The notes beneath the pieces were generated by a model that saw nothing but the letters and a program-made list of their open reading frames with translations, did no database searches and was not told the DNA's origin. Shown here one piece after another: positions 25,340 to 39,694 of a stretch of 64,000 bases of DNA. Origin of the DNA: Octopus vulgaris (taxonomy: Eukaryota); the NCBI GenBank assembly GCA_951406725.2, contig OX597821.1, positions 84,072,001 to 84,136,000 of the forward strand, given 5' to 3'. The translations under genes and the position numbers were made by a program. Every line of letters begins with the position of its first letter. Position 1 is the stretch's first letter.

Positions 25340-25995
25340 TGAGAGAGACACACTTAAACCCAATTCCGTTGAAATAAGGAAAACGTACTGATTAAAAAAT
25401 ATAAACCACAGCTGAATATCCTTTAGAAAGAAGAAAGAGCTGTAAAAAGAAGAGAAAAAAGACTCAATTTCAACACACACACACACACACACACACACAA
25501 AACAACTAGGAACAACCAAAAACTTACTTTAAAAAAAACAACTTTAGCATCAATCTTGCATCCGGGTTCCAAAACCGCAACTCCAAATCACTACACGAAC
25601 ACCAGTTGGTGACGTCACACACCTTTAGACCAATGAAATTCTACAAACACCGGTTGCTGACGTCACTTAACTCCAGACCAATCAAAACCGAAATTACCCT
25701 TTAAGAGAACCAACCAACCGGAACGACTTATGACCGTATCCACCAGGAAACCAGCCAAGCAGAACGACAAGCTTGACCAAAGAAAAAAAAAAGTCCCCAG
25801 AATTTTAACGAATAAAAAATCAGTTCCGCTCGCGGAAAAAGATTATAAATTCATCTGATCCCAAAACATACCACTACAAGTGAAAGCGCCTTTTAGAAGA
25901 GGATCAGAGAAACTGCAAACCAAATTCCCCCTTATTTTCACTATTTTCATTTCACACTTATTTTTTTGTTGACCACCACCAAAATTAATGACCTT

Positions 25996-26057
<62 letters not shown>

Positions 26058-26063
<6 letters not shown>

Positions 26064-26208
26064 GCTCTCGGTCACTCGTTGGATCAGTGTCCTCCAGTCA
26101 GTTCTATCCTGGGCCGCTTCCTTCAGATTGGCCATGTCCATTCCGGTATCACTCCTGATGGTGTCAAGCCAGCGGATTCTTGGTCGGCCTCTTCCTCTCT
26201 TGCCACTG
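26058..26208 (-). mobile_element. RTE-clade LINE 3' fragment
   Basis: SGKRGRGRPRIRWLDTIRSDTG...AAQDRTDWRTLI. Confidence 0.85.
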
Positions 26209-26210
26209 TA

Positions 26211-27432
26211 CATTCAAACAAATTGATACACAGTTTTAATTTTATTGACTGCTATGAACATTCAAACTTATACCTTCTGTTTTGAAACATTTTAATTTGT
26301 CAACATTGAAACTTTTAAAGATATTTTTCTAATTTTAAACTTTTACAATTGATAAACAAAAAATATTGTTGAAATTAGTTTGGTATATATGTAAATAAAT
26401 GTTTCTAAAATTTAGGTGCATTTTCAACATCATATTTTTTGTTCTTTTTATGACGTGTCCTATCCATTATGTCTCAGAGGTGTTCAATTGACGTCATATC
26501 TGGTGACTTGCTTGGCCATGGAAAAATTTTAATACCATTATCATCCAATACATCTTGGGTCATTTTAGCCGTGTGACAAGGAGCTCCATCTTCCATGCAT
26601 AAAGAGTCTTCTTTAATCATTTCACCACTGGAGAAGATTAGGAGTCCTTTCTGCAATATGGACACATATTTATCTGAGTTTATGTTTCCCTCATACTCCA
26701 CCAGCGCTGATCAACCATTGCTCCAAATTGTTCCCCAGACCATCATAGAATGGCTGCCGTATTTCATTGTTGGCTGCAATCTTTTCACGTCAAATTCTTG
26801 ATCACAGTCTCCAGACATACACTCGACCGCTGTCAGGAAATACAGCAAATCTTTACTCATCAGAGAATATGACTGTGTCCCAAAATGCTAGTGGCCTCTC
26901 CACCATCTCACTGACTCAATCTCTGTTCTGCTTGATGTTGGCGAGTTGAAGAAGTGACTTCCTTCTTGCTGCTCTGCCGTAGGAACTAAGTTTGTCGAGA
27001 TGCCTGACAGCTGTTCTGCGACAGACATCAATTTGTTCTGCTATGTCAGAGGCTTTGCAACGCGAATTATCCTCCACACTTCTCTTAACAAAGAGAAGAG
27101 TTCTGTCAGAGGGCCCTGGTTGATCTGGGTGAGGTGATGTGGACTCCCTCTCTCTGGTGAATTTCACAATCACTCTATTAACTGTAGAAAGTGGGATCAC
27201 GGGTTTTCTAGGATTTTACGCTATGTCCACCTCCAGCATGAGCCACACAATATGGCCTCTTTGAAATTCAAACAGTTCCAAGGCTTCTTTTGTACATGGC
27301 ATGATTAAACAAGCACGTATAGAACCTGAAACATAAAAATGTCAATTAATGAAAAATGTAAACCTTTACAAGTTAGAATAAACATAAAACGATGTTTTAT
27401 GGGGGTATCTATTTACTTCTGTCATGTCTGTG
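26211..27432 (-). mobile_element. Decayed Tc1-like transposon
   Basis: GRAARRKSLL, VIFSDE, EDGAPCH and WPSKSPDMTSIEHL motifs; degenerate ends. Confidence 0.88.
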
Positions 27433-27937
27433 TATGTATATATGTGTGTGTATGTATGTATGTATGTATGTATGTATGTATGTATGTATGTATGTATGTA
27501 TGTATGTATGTATGTATGTATGTATGTATGTATGTATTTATGTATATATGTATGTGTTTATTATAAACAAACTTAGAAGTTGTTGGTATTTTATAGGAAA
27601 TAAAGTAAGGCTCGAATGCGGACCAACTGTAAAAACACCTTTGACGATTTGGATAAATACCTCTAGGAGAAGAGAAAAATAGTTGCCCGCAGGCGGCTAC
27701 AGAGAATAGTATAGAGCTAAGGCTCTATACTATTCATCTAAGCGTCCCTGCCCCTCATCCGCTATCGGGATGGTACAGGGTTCGATTCTCCGTAACCACC
27801 AGCTGGCCGACTTCCTTCAGTATTTTAGGGATATTTACCTAGTCTTCAAGGCTGTTTTCGCAGCCATTCAGCGTTCGAGTTTTACTATATTTTCTGTAAT
27901 ATATGTATGTGTGTATGTATGTATGTATGTATGTATG

Positions 27938-27968
<31 letters not shown>

Positions 27969-28071
27969 GCATGTATGTATTATGTATGTATTATGTTAGC
28001 ATGTATGTATGCATGCATGCATACATGAATGTATGTATGTGTGTATGCATGCATGCATGCATGTATGTATG

Positions 28072-28224
28072 TATCTATCTATCTAATTATCTGTCTGTCT
28101 ATCTATCTATCTATCTATCTATTTATCTCTCTGTCTATCTATCTGTCTGTCTGTCTATCTATCTATTTATCTGTCTGTCTATCTATCTATTTATCTGTCT
28201 GTCTATCTATCTATTTATCTATCA

Positions 28225-28290
<66 letters not shown>

Positions 28291-28325
28291 TTATCTGTCT
28301 GTCTATCTATCTATTTATCTGTCTG

Positions 28326-28404
<79 letters not shown>

Positions 28405-28436
28405 GTCTATCTATCTATCTGTCTATCTATCTATAT
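28072..28436. repeat. (TCTA/TCTG)n repeat
   Basis: Direct observation. Confidence 0.97.
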
Positions 28437-28803
28437 CTAGGGAGTAGTAATATACAGTCCACAACTGAGGAGGAGTTAGACTTCTTTTGGTATTTTGTCC
28501 CGTACTGGTCTCTACTTGTGTGTTTACGTACTTTTCACTGGTTGGTGATGACCTGTTCTTATTGAGTATTATATAAGCATATTTGAAGAGTCAGAAACTG
28601 GTCCTGCATTATCCGATTCTGGGTTGTCCATTTATGGAATGTTCTTCCCAGAGGTAAGACAATTTTTTTTCATGTTTGTTGCACTCACACGTCTTTGTCA
28701 GTATAAACGCGGTGAAGCTTTGCAATAGCGTCGTATTTGTATCGACTGCTATTTCCAGTAAATATTGGTGCCTTATTGTATCATTCATCTGTATGTGTGT
28801 GAG

Positions 28804-28853
<50 letters not shown>

Positions 28854-29063
28854 TGTGTATGTGTATGTGTGTGTGTGCGTGCGTGCGTGCGTGTGTGTGT
28901 GCGTGCGTGTGTGTGTGTGTGTGTGTGTATGTGTGTGTGTGTGTGTATGTGTGTGTGTGTGTGTATAAATCCCCCAAAAGAAGAACAACAAACAGAAAAC
29001 AACAACGTGAGGATGTGGCACATTTAAAGTATTAGCAGACGCTCAGGGAAGGAAAGAAAGATG

Positions 29064-29098
29064 GTTTAACGTTTCGAGCAGACGCTCTCTTCAGGAAC
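29064..29098 (-). ncRNA. Minimal hammerhead motif in pseudo-LTR-like segment (28968-29170)
   Basis: gttc-CTGAAGA-GAGC-gtct-GCTC-GAAA-CG-TT-aaac. Confidence 0.7.
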
Positions 29099-29172
29099 AG
29101 AGGAAAGTCCAAGGGGAAGGAAGACGGGGGAAGAAAATCGCCAACGATTCTCGTGGTTACATTTTGAAATAT

Positions 29173-29589
29173 ACTCTTTACTCTTTTACTCTTTCACTTG
29201 TTTCATTCATTTGACTGAGGCTATGCTGGAACACTGCCTTTAGTCGAGCAAATCGACCCCAGGACTTAATCTTTGTAAGCCTAGTACTTATTCTATCGGT
29301 CTCTTTTGCCGAACCGCCAAAATACGGGGACGTAAATACACCAGCATCGGCTGTCAAGTGATGGTAGGGGGACAAACACAGACACACAAACATACAGACA
29401 CACACATATATATATATGTGCATATATACGATGGGCTTCTTTCAGTTTCCATCTACCAAATCCACTCACAAGGCTTTGGTCGGCCCGAGGCTATAGTAGA
29501 AGACACTTGCCCAAAGTGCCATGCAGTGGGACTGAACCCGGAACCAGGTGTTTCATAAGCAAGCTACTTACCACACAGCCACTCCTACG

Positions 29590-29593
<4 letters not shown>
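29173..29593 (-). mobile_element. CORE-type SINE, full length
   Basis: Matches the family consensus. Confidence 0.9.
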
Positions 29594-29647
<54 letters not shown>

Positions 29648-29668
29648 TACACACACATATATATACAC

Positions 29669-29699
<31 letters not shown>

Positions 29700-29887
29700 C
29701 ACACACACATACATACATACATACATACATACATACATACATACATACATACATACATACATACACATACATACATACATATATATATATAAAGTTAATC
29801 CAAACAAGAAAACAAAAAGACAACAACGCAAGGATGTGGGACAAATAAAGTATTATTGGACGCTCAGGAAAGAAGGGAAGAAGGAGG

Positions 29888-29922
29888 GTTTGACGTTTCG
29901 AGCGGAGCTCTTCGTCGGAAAC
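29888..29922 (-). ncRNA. Minimal hammerhead motif in pseudo-LTR-like segment (29790-30170)
   Basis: gttt-CCGACGA-A-GAGC-tcc-GCTC-GAAA-CG-TC-aaac. Confidence 0.65.
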
Positions 29923-30195
29923 ATAGGAGAAGGAAAGATCCAGAGACGGGAGGACAGAGGAATAAAAATTGCAGGTAGTATTCACGAGGTCACATACTAA
30001 AAAGACGGAAGTGGTAAAAATGGAGGAAAATGTTTTTTAAAAACAAGAGAGCTGAATCAAAGAAGGAATGGTAAAAAAGGTGTGCGAGATGACAAGGGTG
30101 TGTGTGTGAGTGTGTGTGTGGTGTGTATGTGTGTGTATGGTGGACAATGGCTAGTTGCAGGCAGTAGTAGAATTAAGGAGTGGAATTAAGGAGTG

Positions 30196-30261
<66 letters not shown>

Positions 30262-30279
30262 TGTAATTAATAATAATGG

Positions 30280-30450
30280 TTTCATATTTTACCACAAGGG
30301 CAGCAATTTTGGGTGAGTGGATATTTGATCCACTCTGAAAGGATGAAAGGCAAAGTCGAGTTCGGTGGAATTTGTTCTCAGAACGTAATGAAGGACGAAA
30401 TATCGCCGAGCATTTCGTCCGGCGTTCGGACGAATTCTGCAAACTCGCTC
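30280..30450 (-). mobile_element. Central-domain tRNA-derived SINE
   Basis: Matches the family consensus. Confidence 0.75.
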
Positions 30451-30457
30451 TCTTGTA

Positions 30458-30534
<77 letters not shown>

Positions 30535-30565
30535 TAACGACAATAATAATAATGATAATGATAAT

Positions 30566-31520
30566 TGTGTAAGGGAAAAGGAGATTAGCCTGGCTTGGTA
30601 TGTCAAGGGGAGTAAAGAAGAAATTATTAAAGCAGTGAAAATGCAGGGAACCTTAAAAGTGCACGAAGCCGTAGATCCAACACAATTTAAGAAAGACCAG
30701 AGAAAGCAGATGTAGAAATGTTGGTGGGACAAGAAAATGCACGGTCAGTTCTTGAAGAATAAAGATGAGATTGATTGGAATAGAACCTGGCAATGGCTGC
30801 AGAAAGGTGAGTTAAAAGGGTCCACTGAGGCATTAGTGTGCAACGCTCAAGAACAAGCTCTCAGAACAAACTACTCCAAATATCACATTGATCAAAGCAC
30901 TCGCCACAGTGTAGGATGTGCTCTGAGAAGGGAGACAGTATAAGCCATATTGTTAGTGAGTGCTGTAAGCTCGCACAACGCGAATACAAAAGGAAACGCG
31001 TCGATGCGACCAGTTATGTCCACTGGTTGTTGTGCAGTAAAGCAAGCCTCGAAAGAGCCGAACAATGGCATGAATACAAGCCAGGGGGAACAATGTAAAA
31101 CGAACATTACAAAAGAAAACTTTGGGATTTTAACATGCAGTGCGACCAAGTCATAGAAGCGAGATGACCAGATATCGTGCTCATCCATAACGATGAAAAA
31201 GAAATAAAGATAATGGATGTTGCAATACCAGGCGATTCGAGGGTGAAATGTAAGGAAACAGAAAAGATTAGGAAATGCCAACCACTGCGGGACGAGAAAG
31301 GAAAGTTATGGGATATGAGGAAAGTAATGGTGATACCAGTGGTAACTGGAGCGTTAGGAGCAATTTCGAAGGGATTTGTAAAATATATTAAGAATATTGG
31401 AGCTGTTGTCAGGCTTGAGGTGATCCAAAAGACAGGATTGTTGGGTACAGTACGCATTCTAAGGAGAGCATAGTCTCTTTGAGTTACAGGAGAAGGCACT
31501 ACTTGAATGCCTGCTTTCAA
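30566..31520 (+). mobile_element. R4/Dong-clade non-LTR retrotransposon 3' fragment (decayed)
   Basis: MHGQF, AQEQALRTN, CRMC..SHIVSEC zinc knuckle, PDIV..MDVAIP..KETEK and VIPVVTGALG; starts right after (AAT)n. Confidence 0.9.
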
Positions 31521-31574
31521 GTAAAGAATAACCGGTAATTAAGAACTATCGGAGAGTCTTTATAAATGTCACTA

Positions 31575-32100
31575 ACCTCTGAGATTTTCCAGTCAACACT
31601 GACAGAACGATCCAGACTAATCGACCAGACATTATAATTAAAGACTGGGCAGAAAATATTTGTACACTAATATATGTAAATGTTCCCACTGATAAAAATA
31701 TATCTGTCAAGGAATTTGATAAACTAAGTAAATATAAGGACCTAGAAATTGAAATACAAAAGATGTGGCATCTTAAAGCGAGAACTATTCCTGTTATTGT
31801 AAGGTACCCTAGGTATGATAAAAAAAAAAGGGGGGAGATGTCAGAAACCTCTTGACAAGATCCCAGGAGAACCATGTCTCGGAGAAATCCAAAAGATTGT
31901 GCTGACAAGTGCTGCCCACCATCCTTAGAAAGACCCTATCCATTTAAATGTCTGTGTTGTATTACATGAAGATATCTCACTACCTACCCCTCCTCCCCAA
32001 GCTGTCAGTCATATTGTAACATCTCTTATTCTTCAGTCGTCCTAGCACGCTGGATGTGTCTCGGCAAGTGACTATAACAAAGATGCAGATTAAAAGTAAA
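31575..32100 (+). mobile_element. Second R4/Dong-like endonuclease fragment plus 3' UTR
   Basis: DFPVNTDRTIQTNRPDIIIKD...KEFDKLSKYKDLEIEIQKMWHLK. Confidence 0.85.
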
Positions 32101-32407
32101 GATGATGATAATATAGCTTATAAGCGATCATCGAGTGTTGACTAGAGAAAATAGTCTAATATTGGGGCACATGATTCCTCGACGAAAAGAACGTAGGTTT
32201 CCCGTACGCGTGAAACTCGAACTCACAGATTTGTGTTTTCGCGACAAGTGTGCTACCGTGTGTATCTGTGTATGTGTGAGTATTAATATATTTATGTGCG
32301 TATATATATATATATATATATATGATTGCGTGTATATGCTTGTCTATGTGTGTAAAATGTGTAGATCGTAAATTGTATATATTATTGTATGTGTGCGTTG
32401 CTGTTAC

Positions 32408-32475
<68 letters not shown>

Positions 32476-32569
32476 CCGAAACGTGTTTGAAGTGAGGAAG
32501 CCATCGCCGTCCAATGTCACTTATGTTGTTTTTATAGAAATAACAAAAGTAAATTTTTTAACACACACC

Positions 32570-32616
<47 letters not shown>

Positions 32617-33108
32617 GCGCGCACAAATATATCTATGTATAACAGCACACCCCACCCTACCACGTCTCATTCTAACCACACCCGCAAAAAAAAAACGGGG
32701 GGAGTAAGAGAGACTAGGAAAATGAGGGGGTGGGGATGATCAGTGACGTCAGTTATAACTGGGAAGGGGTTGAAAATATTGACACCATTTGACGATGATG
32801 GGTGATGTTGGGGTTTGAATAGGGGGGACAAATGGGTGTGGGTCTGGGGGTATTGACGTGGAGGTGCGTGTGTGTGTGTGTGTGCATAGCATCACTTATT
32901 TTTGGTTTTGTTTTGTTTTGTTTTTAATGGGGAGTGGAAGTATTCTTTTTTCCTTTTTTTTTGTGGTTTCTTTTTTGATGTTTCAGGGACACCACAACAA
33001 ACACTCCTTGCCAAAAATAACTTAACCCCACCACCACCACCACCAGCCATCTCCACTATCGTCATCATCATCACCACCACCACCACCACCACTACTACAA
33101 CAACAACA

Positions 33109-33146
<38 letters not shown>

Positions 33147-33629
33147 CACTTTCACCACTATCATCCTCATCATCATCATCACCACCACAGCCACCACTAC
33201 CATCATCATTATCATCTTCATCATCATCACCTCCACCACTACAACCACCAACATCTCAATCACCACCACCACCACCAAAACTGCCGCTATCACCACCACA
33301 ACCGCCACAACCTCCACCGCCGCCACCACCACCGCCATCACCACCAAAACAACAGTAACCACCAGTTACAAAGACCAGGTATTAAAGTAAATAAATCTCT
33401 TCTGCCCACCTGCCTACGACCCTGTCTCTGTCCCTTACCTGTCCTCCACCTGATTGGCCGTTTGGATTCTCACTAGACAACACACCTGTCGTTATTGCCC
33501 TCTTATCGTCCATCTGTCTGCGTGCATCTTGGCGATATAATGGTTCACAGCGCATGTCATAGTATTGACACTCATCGATGATAACGATCTAGCTATCTTT
33601 CTCTCTGTCTCAGTGTATGTGTCTGTCTG

Positions 33630-33720
<91 letters not shown>

Positions 33721-33728
33721 GTCTCTCT

Positions 33729-33809
<81 letters not shown>

Positions 33810-34090
33810 ATAAATAAAATAAAGCATCTGCATATATACATATATGTACGTACCTACCTCTACATGTATATATACATGCATATATGGGTACAGGACACCA
33901 AAAAAAAAAAACGTCGAACACAATGAGAAACGAAAACATAAACACAAAACCAAGGAAATGGACATTTTTCTTAAACAACGAAAAAATAGAGTACAGGACA
34001 TACAAAACAAGGAAAATTCCCCTTCTTCAGTCGCCTTTGTTTCATCTACTCCACGTTTCGAAGGTCAATATACATACACAAACATATATT

Positions 34091-34240
34091 CAGTAATCCC
34101 TCGACTATCGCGGGTGTTACATTCCCCTCCCACCCTCTCGCGATTGGTGAAAATCCGTGAAGCAGAAACGGTACTGTACTCTATATATTTTTTTAATTAT
34201 TTTTATAATTTGTTATATTTATTTTATTATAAATGCAAGG
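34091..34240 (+). mobile_element. pogo/Tigger-like end fragment
   Basis: CAGTAATCCCTCGACTATCGCGGGTGTTAC; homologous to 30-193. Confidence 0.55.
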
Positions 34241-35197
34241 CATTAACAACTGTGTGACATGAGGGCTAAGGGGAAATGAAAGTGTCACCTCTGGAGTTTG
34301 CCAATGATCACTATGCCGATAGGTAACTGGACAGAATAAATTTGCAATCTATAAATCTCTTTGAATGACCAGTCACTCATCTCGGAAGGCCTTGTTTCAC
34401 TTTTATCGCCATAGAGGACAATAAAAACATTCGGACAGATAGACGATACAATGGCGGAAAAGTGAAACAATTAGAAGGACAGGCAAAAAAAAAAAAAAAA
34501 CGAGTCATTCGTGGCCTTCTTTCTTCAGTCAAGTACCAGACGTCACGACCATTTCGGGCAGTTACGCTTGAGATGGTTCGATCTGGTTGCCTCCTCCAAA
34601 AAAAAAGTCTAAGCTAAGAGCAAAAGACTCCTTTGTAAGAAAGCTAGCGAATGTGTACGACAACAATGACAAAAAGACGGAGAACAGGATACACAATTAC
34701 GAATACAAACAACAACGAATAACAACAGCGGTCTTTCGATTGAGAACAAATTAAATTGAGCTTGCGCGTATGAAGTGAAAACCTAAAGGCGGGAACATAG
34801 AAGATGGTCATAAGAGGTGTTGGCGGTCGGCGGTCAGGCCAAGAAAGAAAGATCATGGCTGGCCGGACACCGGCACGTGGAAGGGGGAGAGATGGGTTGG
34901 GGGCAACGGGATTGAAGGATTAGAAATATATATATATATATTATATTAAATTAGAGATAAAACCACTATTAGGCAAATCATGCAATGGAAAACTTAAGCC
35001 AATACATAAGATTAATTAATTTATATTATTTTAAATATATATCAAAATTATTAAAAAAAGATAATATATATTCCTTGTATTGTTTGTCTTGTACTCTGTT
35101 TTTTCGTTGTTAAAAAAAAGTCCGTTTCCTTGTTTGATTTTATGTTTTCGCTTCTCGTTGTGTTCTACATTTATTTGTGGCGTCCTGTACTCACACA

Positions 35198-35246
<49 letters not shown>

Positions 35247-35319
35247 GGGGGGAGAAAAGAGGGAAGAGACAGACAGACTTTACAATTTGTTACCTGAACA
35301 CGATTTACCTAAATATTTA

Positions 35320-35490
35320 TACACACATTTTTTCACGCTTAAAATTGCTGAAGCATGGAATAAACTACCCGCATCAGTTGTTAGCTGTCGAGACACTCCA
35401 TCCTTCAGACCTTCCATGCTTCTTGAAATCTGCCAACAGTACAGCTGATGGCCTTTTTTCTTTTCTTCTGTTAGTTGTAGTGCACCTGAG
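35320..35490 (+). mobile_element. CR1-like LINE 3' fragment interrupted by a DNA transposon
   Basis: HFFTLKIAEAWNKLPASVV resembles the C-terminus of the 56961 ORF. Confidence 0.75.
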
Positions 35491-36584
35491 GGATCTTTTC
35501 AATTGTGTGGCCAGGAGCCCAGATCTTTCTACTTAACTAAATAATTTGAAACTTCGTATGCTGGTACAGTGTTTCAAAACAAGACACAGGTTGGAACTAG
35601 TTTATTTGAGAAAAATCTATTTTATGACTTTAATCGTAGATTAAAACTGCGAATTTTAACCAATGAGATTGCTTGTTTTCATATTTAATATTTAATACGT
35701 TCTGTTAGTGTGACGTAGAAAGCAGTTTTGTGACGTAGGCAACTGTGCACATTTGAGGCTAACATACATAGATACATACACACACACACACACATACATA
35801 CAGATACACATACACCGAGTATTCACTCGAAAAAACTAAACACTGAATCGGCCATACATACATGTGTGACACACACACACATAGATACACACACATACAT
35901 ACATAGATACACACACACACACATACATACACACACATACATACATAGATACATACACACACACATACATACAGATACACATACACCGAGTATTCACTCG
36001 AAAAAAACTAAACACTGAATCGGCCATACATACATACATACATACACACACACACATACATACACACACATACACACACACATACACATACATAGATACA
36101 TACACACACACACACATGCACACACATACATACAGATACACATACACCGAGTATTCACTCGAAAAAACTAAACACCGAATCGGCCATACATACATACATA
36201 CATACACACACATACACACACACATACACACACACATACATAGATACATACACACATACATACATACATTCATGCATATACACATACACCGAGTAAAAAA
36301 TTTCATCGTTATTGTTTTGTTTACATTTGTTTACATACCATATGTTTACTACGTCACCAAATTGGTGGTCGAGACGGAGTAAATAATATGAAGCCGAAAG
36401 ACGGAATACCATTGGTTAAAATTCTAATTATTAAACAATGTTAAACTTAGAAGTTACAATTCCGTTTTCATTCTGGTTTACAATTAAGTTTACTTTTGAC
36501 ACATTCTACCAGTATACGAAGTTTCAAATTGTTTGGTTCAGTAGGAAAAATTTGAAAAAACTGGCTTCACAAATGAAAAGATCC
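35491..36584. mobile_element. Non-autonomous TIR element with GG termini and 8-bp TSD (Merlin-like)
   Basis: GGATCTTTTCA...TGAAAAGATCC, long imperfect subterminal inverted similarity, TSD CACCTGAG (35483-35490 and 36585-36592). Confidence 0.75.
35790..36295. repeat. Minisatellite: ~60-bp anchor separated by (CA/CATA)n, 3.5 copies
   Basis: CACCGAGTATTCACTCGAAAAAACTAAACACTGAATCGGCC repeated three times. Confidence 0.9.
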
Positions 36585-36672
36585 CACCTGAGCACTGTAT
36601 ACAACAATTTCTTTCATTAAGTAAGTATATAAGTATAATTAAAGAGAAATATGCTCACACAGATTTGTGTGC

Positions 36673-36733
<61 letters not shown>

Positions 36734-38347
36734 CATACATGCAGAGAGAAAGAGGGAGATAGAGAGAGTGAGTGAGAGAGAGAGAGAGAGAGATTACGAT
36801 TGATTAACAGAACTCGGTTGACATAAACACTCAAACACTTAAAAAAAATAGGCTCACACATAAACAGAGAAACGTTAAAACGGCCGATGTCAGATCAGTC
36901 GGCGTCGGATCAGTGACGCCAAAACGCCAGTGCCAAAACCGCTATGCCAAAACGTCTCATAACCTCCAATCAGACCTGTTATAAACGGGCCTGATCAGAA
37001 TCAAGTTCTACACGATATGAAGAAGGCAGTTCATATCGGGTAAGACCCCAAGGAGTAAAGTGATCATGTGATTCCCAACACCATGTGGTCTCCTAGTTTT
37101 TAAACCCCGCTGGATTTACTGTGTCTAAGGCATCGTCGTGACAGGAGACCAAGCCAAACGGCATCCCCACGATGCCAATGATTCGCATGGCGCTACCATA
37201 GCGGGTGCGATGGCGGGGATTCACCTAATACTAACACGATAGTCGCTTCTTTGGTTGTATAGAGACTGTCACAGGCGCTGACGTAGTTTTGTTAGTGTTT
37301 TTAATTGGTGATCTTTCTAGCTGAACATGTGACACGTTTTCTGGAAGTAAGGTTTTATGTTTATGTATTTATTTTATATGTTTTTTTCTGTTTTGTTTGG
37401 TGTCTTAGTTTTTCCTAGTGTTTTGTTTTGCGCCTGGTTGCCGGGCGCACCCTCTATCTCTAAATATACTCACCCAAACAGATATAACTATAAATAGATC
37501 TGAATACGGTCTTAATATGTTGTCAGCTTATAAACATATATGGGTGTGTTGACAAATTTATTTTTACAGATATATATTAAATATATATATTTTCAAATGT
37601 ATTTAATATATATCTGTATAAATATACATGCTTTAAATAAATATATATCTTTAAATAGAGTAATTAGGCTAAATAAACTACACGTACACAAAAGTATGTA
37701 CATGTGTATGTGTATATATATATATCTACATATTTATATACATGTGTGTGTGTGAGCATGTGTGCTTGTATGCTTGTATGTATATATGTATGTATACACA
37801 CACACACACACACATACATATATATAGATATAGATATATAGATAGATAGAAACATACATATACACATACGCATACACTAACACACACACACATATATACT
37901 TATATTTATATACGTGTGTGTGTGTGAGCAAGTGTGCTTGTATGTATGTATGTATGTATGTATGTATGTATACACACACACACTCACACACACACATATA
38001 TATATAAATATAGATATATAGAAACATACATACACACTCACACATACTTACATATATACGTATATTCATTTATTCTTTTATTTGTTGCAGTCATTTGACT
38101 GTGGCCATGCTGGAGCACTGCCTTGACTTGTTTTTTTTTTTAAGCCTAGCACTTATTCGATCGGGCTCTTTTTGCTGAACCACTAAGTTATAGGGACGTA
38201 GACGGACCAACGGAAACAAACACAGACACAAAGACACACACAGATATATACATACATATATGTGTGCATTTAAACATCTATACAACTATATATACATACA
38301 CATACTTATACACATACACACACACACACATGTATATACATATATAT

Positions 38348-38434
<87 letters not shown>

Positions 38435-38435
<1 letters not shown>

Positions 38436-38557
38436 GAGGGTTGTATGAAAAGTCTTGAGCCTCAAAACTACAAAACATGGTACAAGACTTCTGATGAAGG
38501 TACAAGAATTCAAGGTTCAAAGGCCTTGAAAACTCAAAACTTTTCATACACTCCTCG
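38435..38557. mobile_element. Mariner-type MITE (123 bp)
   Basis: TA|CGAGGGTTGTATGAAAAGT...ACTTTTCATACACTCCTCG|TA. Confidence 0.8.
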
Positions 38558-38604
38558 TATATAGATAGAATACACATATATACATACATACATAATATAA
38601 TAAT

Positions 38605-38672
<68 letters not shown>

Positions 38673-38675
38673 ATA

Positions 38676-38712
<37 letters not shown>

Positions 38713-38759
38713 ATATATTTATATATATATATATATATATATACATATATGGATATATT

Positions 38760-38802
<43 letters not shown>

Positions 38803-38813
38803 CACATATATGG

Positions 38814-38852
<39 letters not shown>

Positions 38853-39448
38853 TGTATGTACGTATGTGTATATATATGCAAAGAGAAAAAGAAAGAGAGA
38901 GAAGTATATTATATATATATATATAGCGTATGACGGCAAGACACACCTGCACAGAGAAAGGTATGTCAGGTGATCTTGTCAACAACACTGCGGGTTATAG
39001 CAACGCGTCAAGGAAATGACCCAGTGGTCAGGAGGTATATAATTGTGTAAACAAATATTGTAGGCATGTATGTAGGTTGGTGACTATGAGAGGGATAGGT
39101 ATGCTGGTGTGAGAAGGTGTGGGGCACCGCCGGGTGGGTAGGTCGGTGTGCCGGCGGAAGTAAGGATCAGAGTTAGCGGTGGCGGTCAAATAGCTTTATT
39201 GTTCGGATCTTATTGTGTTATGTCGATGTCGTGTCTACAGGTATTGTTAGCGACACACCTTACATACCAAATATAGTCATTTACTCACACATACCAACAT
39301 AGATACATTTACCTTTTATGGTTTACTTCAATCGGTTATCGGACTGTGCCCATGCTGGAGCACCGCCTTGAAGGGTTTTTTTTTTTCTACGACGAACATA
39401 TCTACCCCAGTACATATGTCGCTTTTGTTTTTGTACTTTGTTGTTTAT

Positions 39449-39694
39449 GGTACTATTTAAGAAGAGTGGTCCCGGTGCGCGCACTCGCCTACTCGCGCAT
39501 CCGCGCTAGCTTGTCGTGACTAGTCGATCCTACGACTACCTAGCAAAAGTGAATAAAACACAAAATAAATAATTTTTTTTAAACAAAGTAAATTAAACAC
39601 AAAAACACAAAGGATCGACTAGTCACGACTAGGGTACCGCGGATGCGCGAGTACGCGAGTGCGCGCACCGGGACCACTCTTCTTAAATAGTACC
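39449..39694. mobile_element. MITE with ~83-bp TIRs and 9-bp TSD (Merlin-like)
   Basis: GGTACTATTTAAGAAGAGTGGTCCCGGTGCGCGCACTCGC termini; TSD GTTGTTTAT (39440-39448 and 39695-39703); inserted in a CORE SINE tail. Confidence 0.88.
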
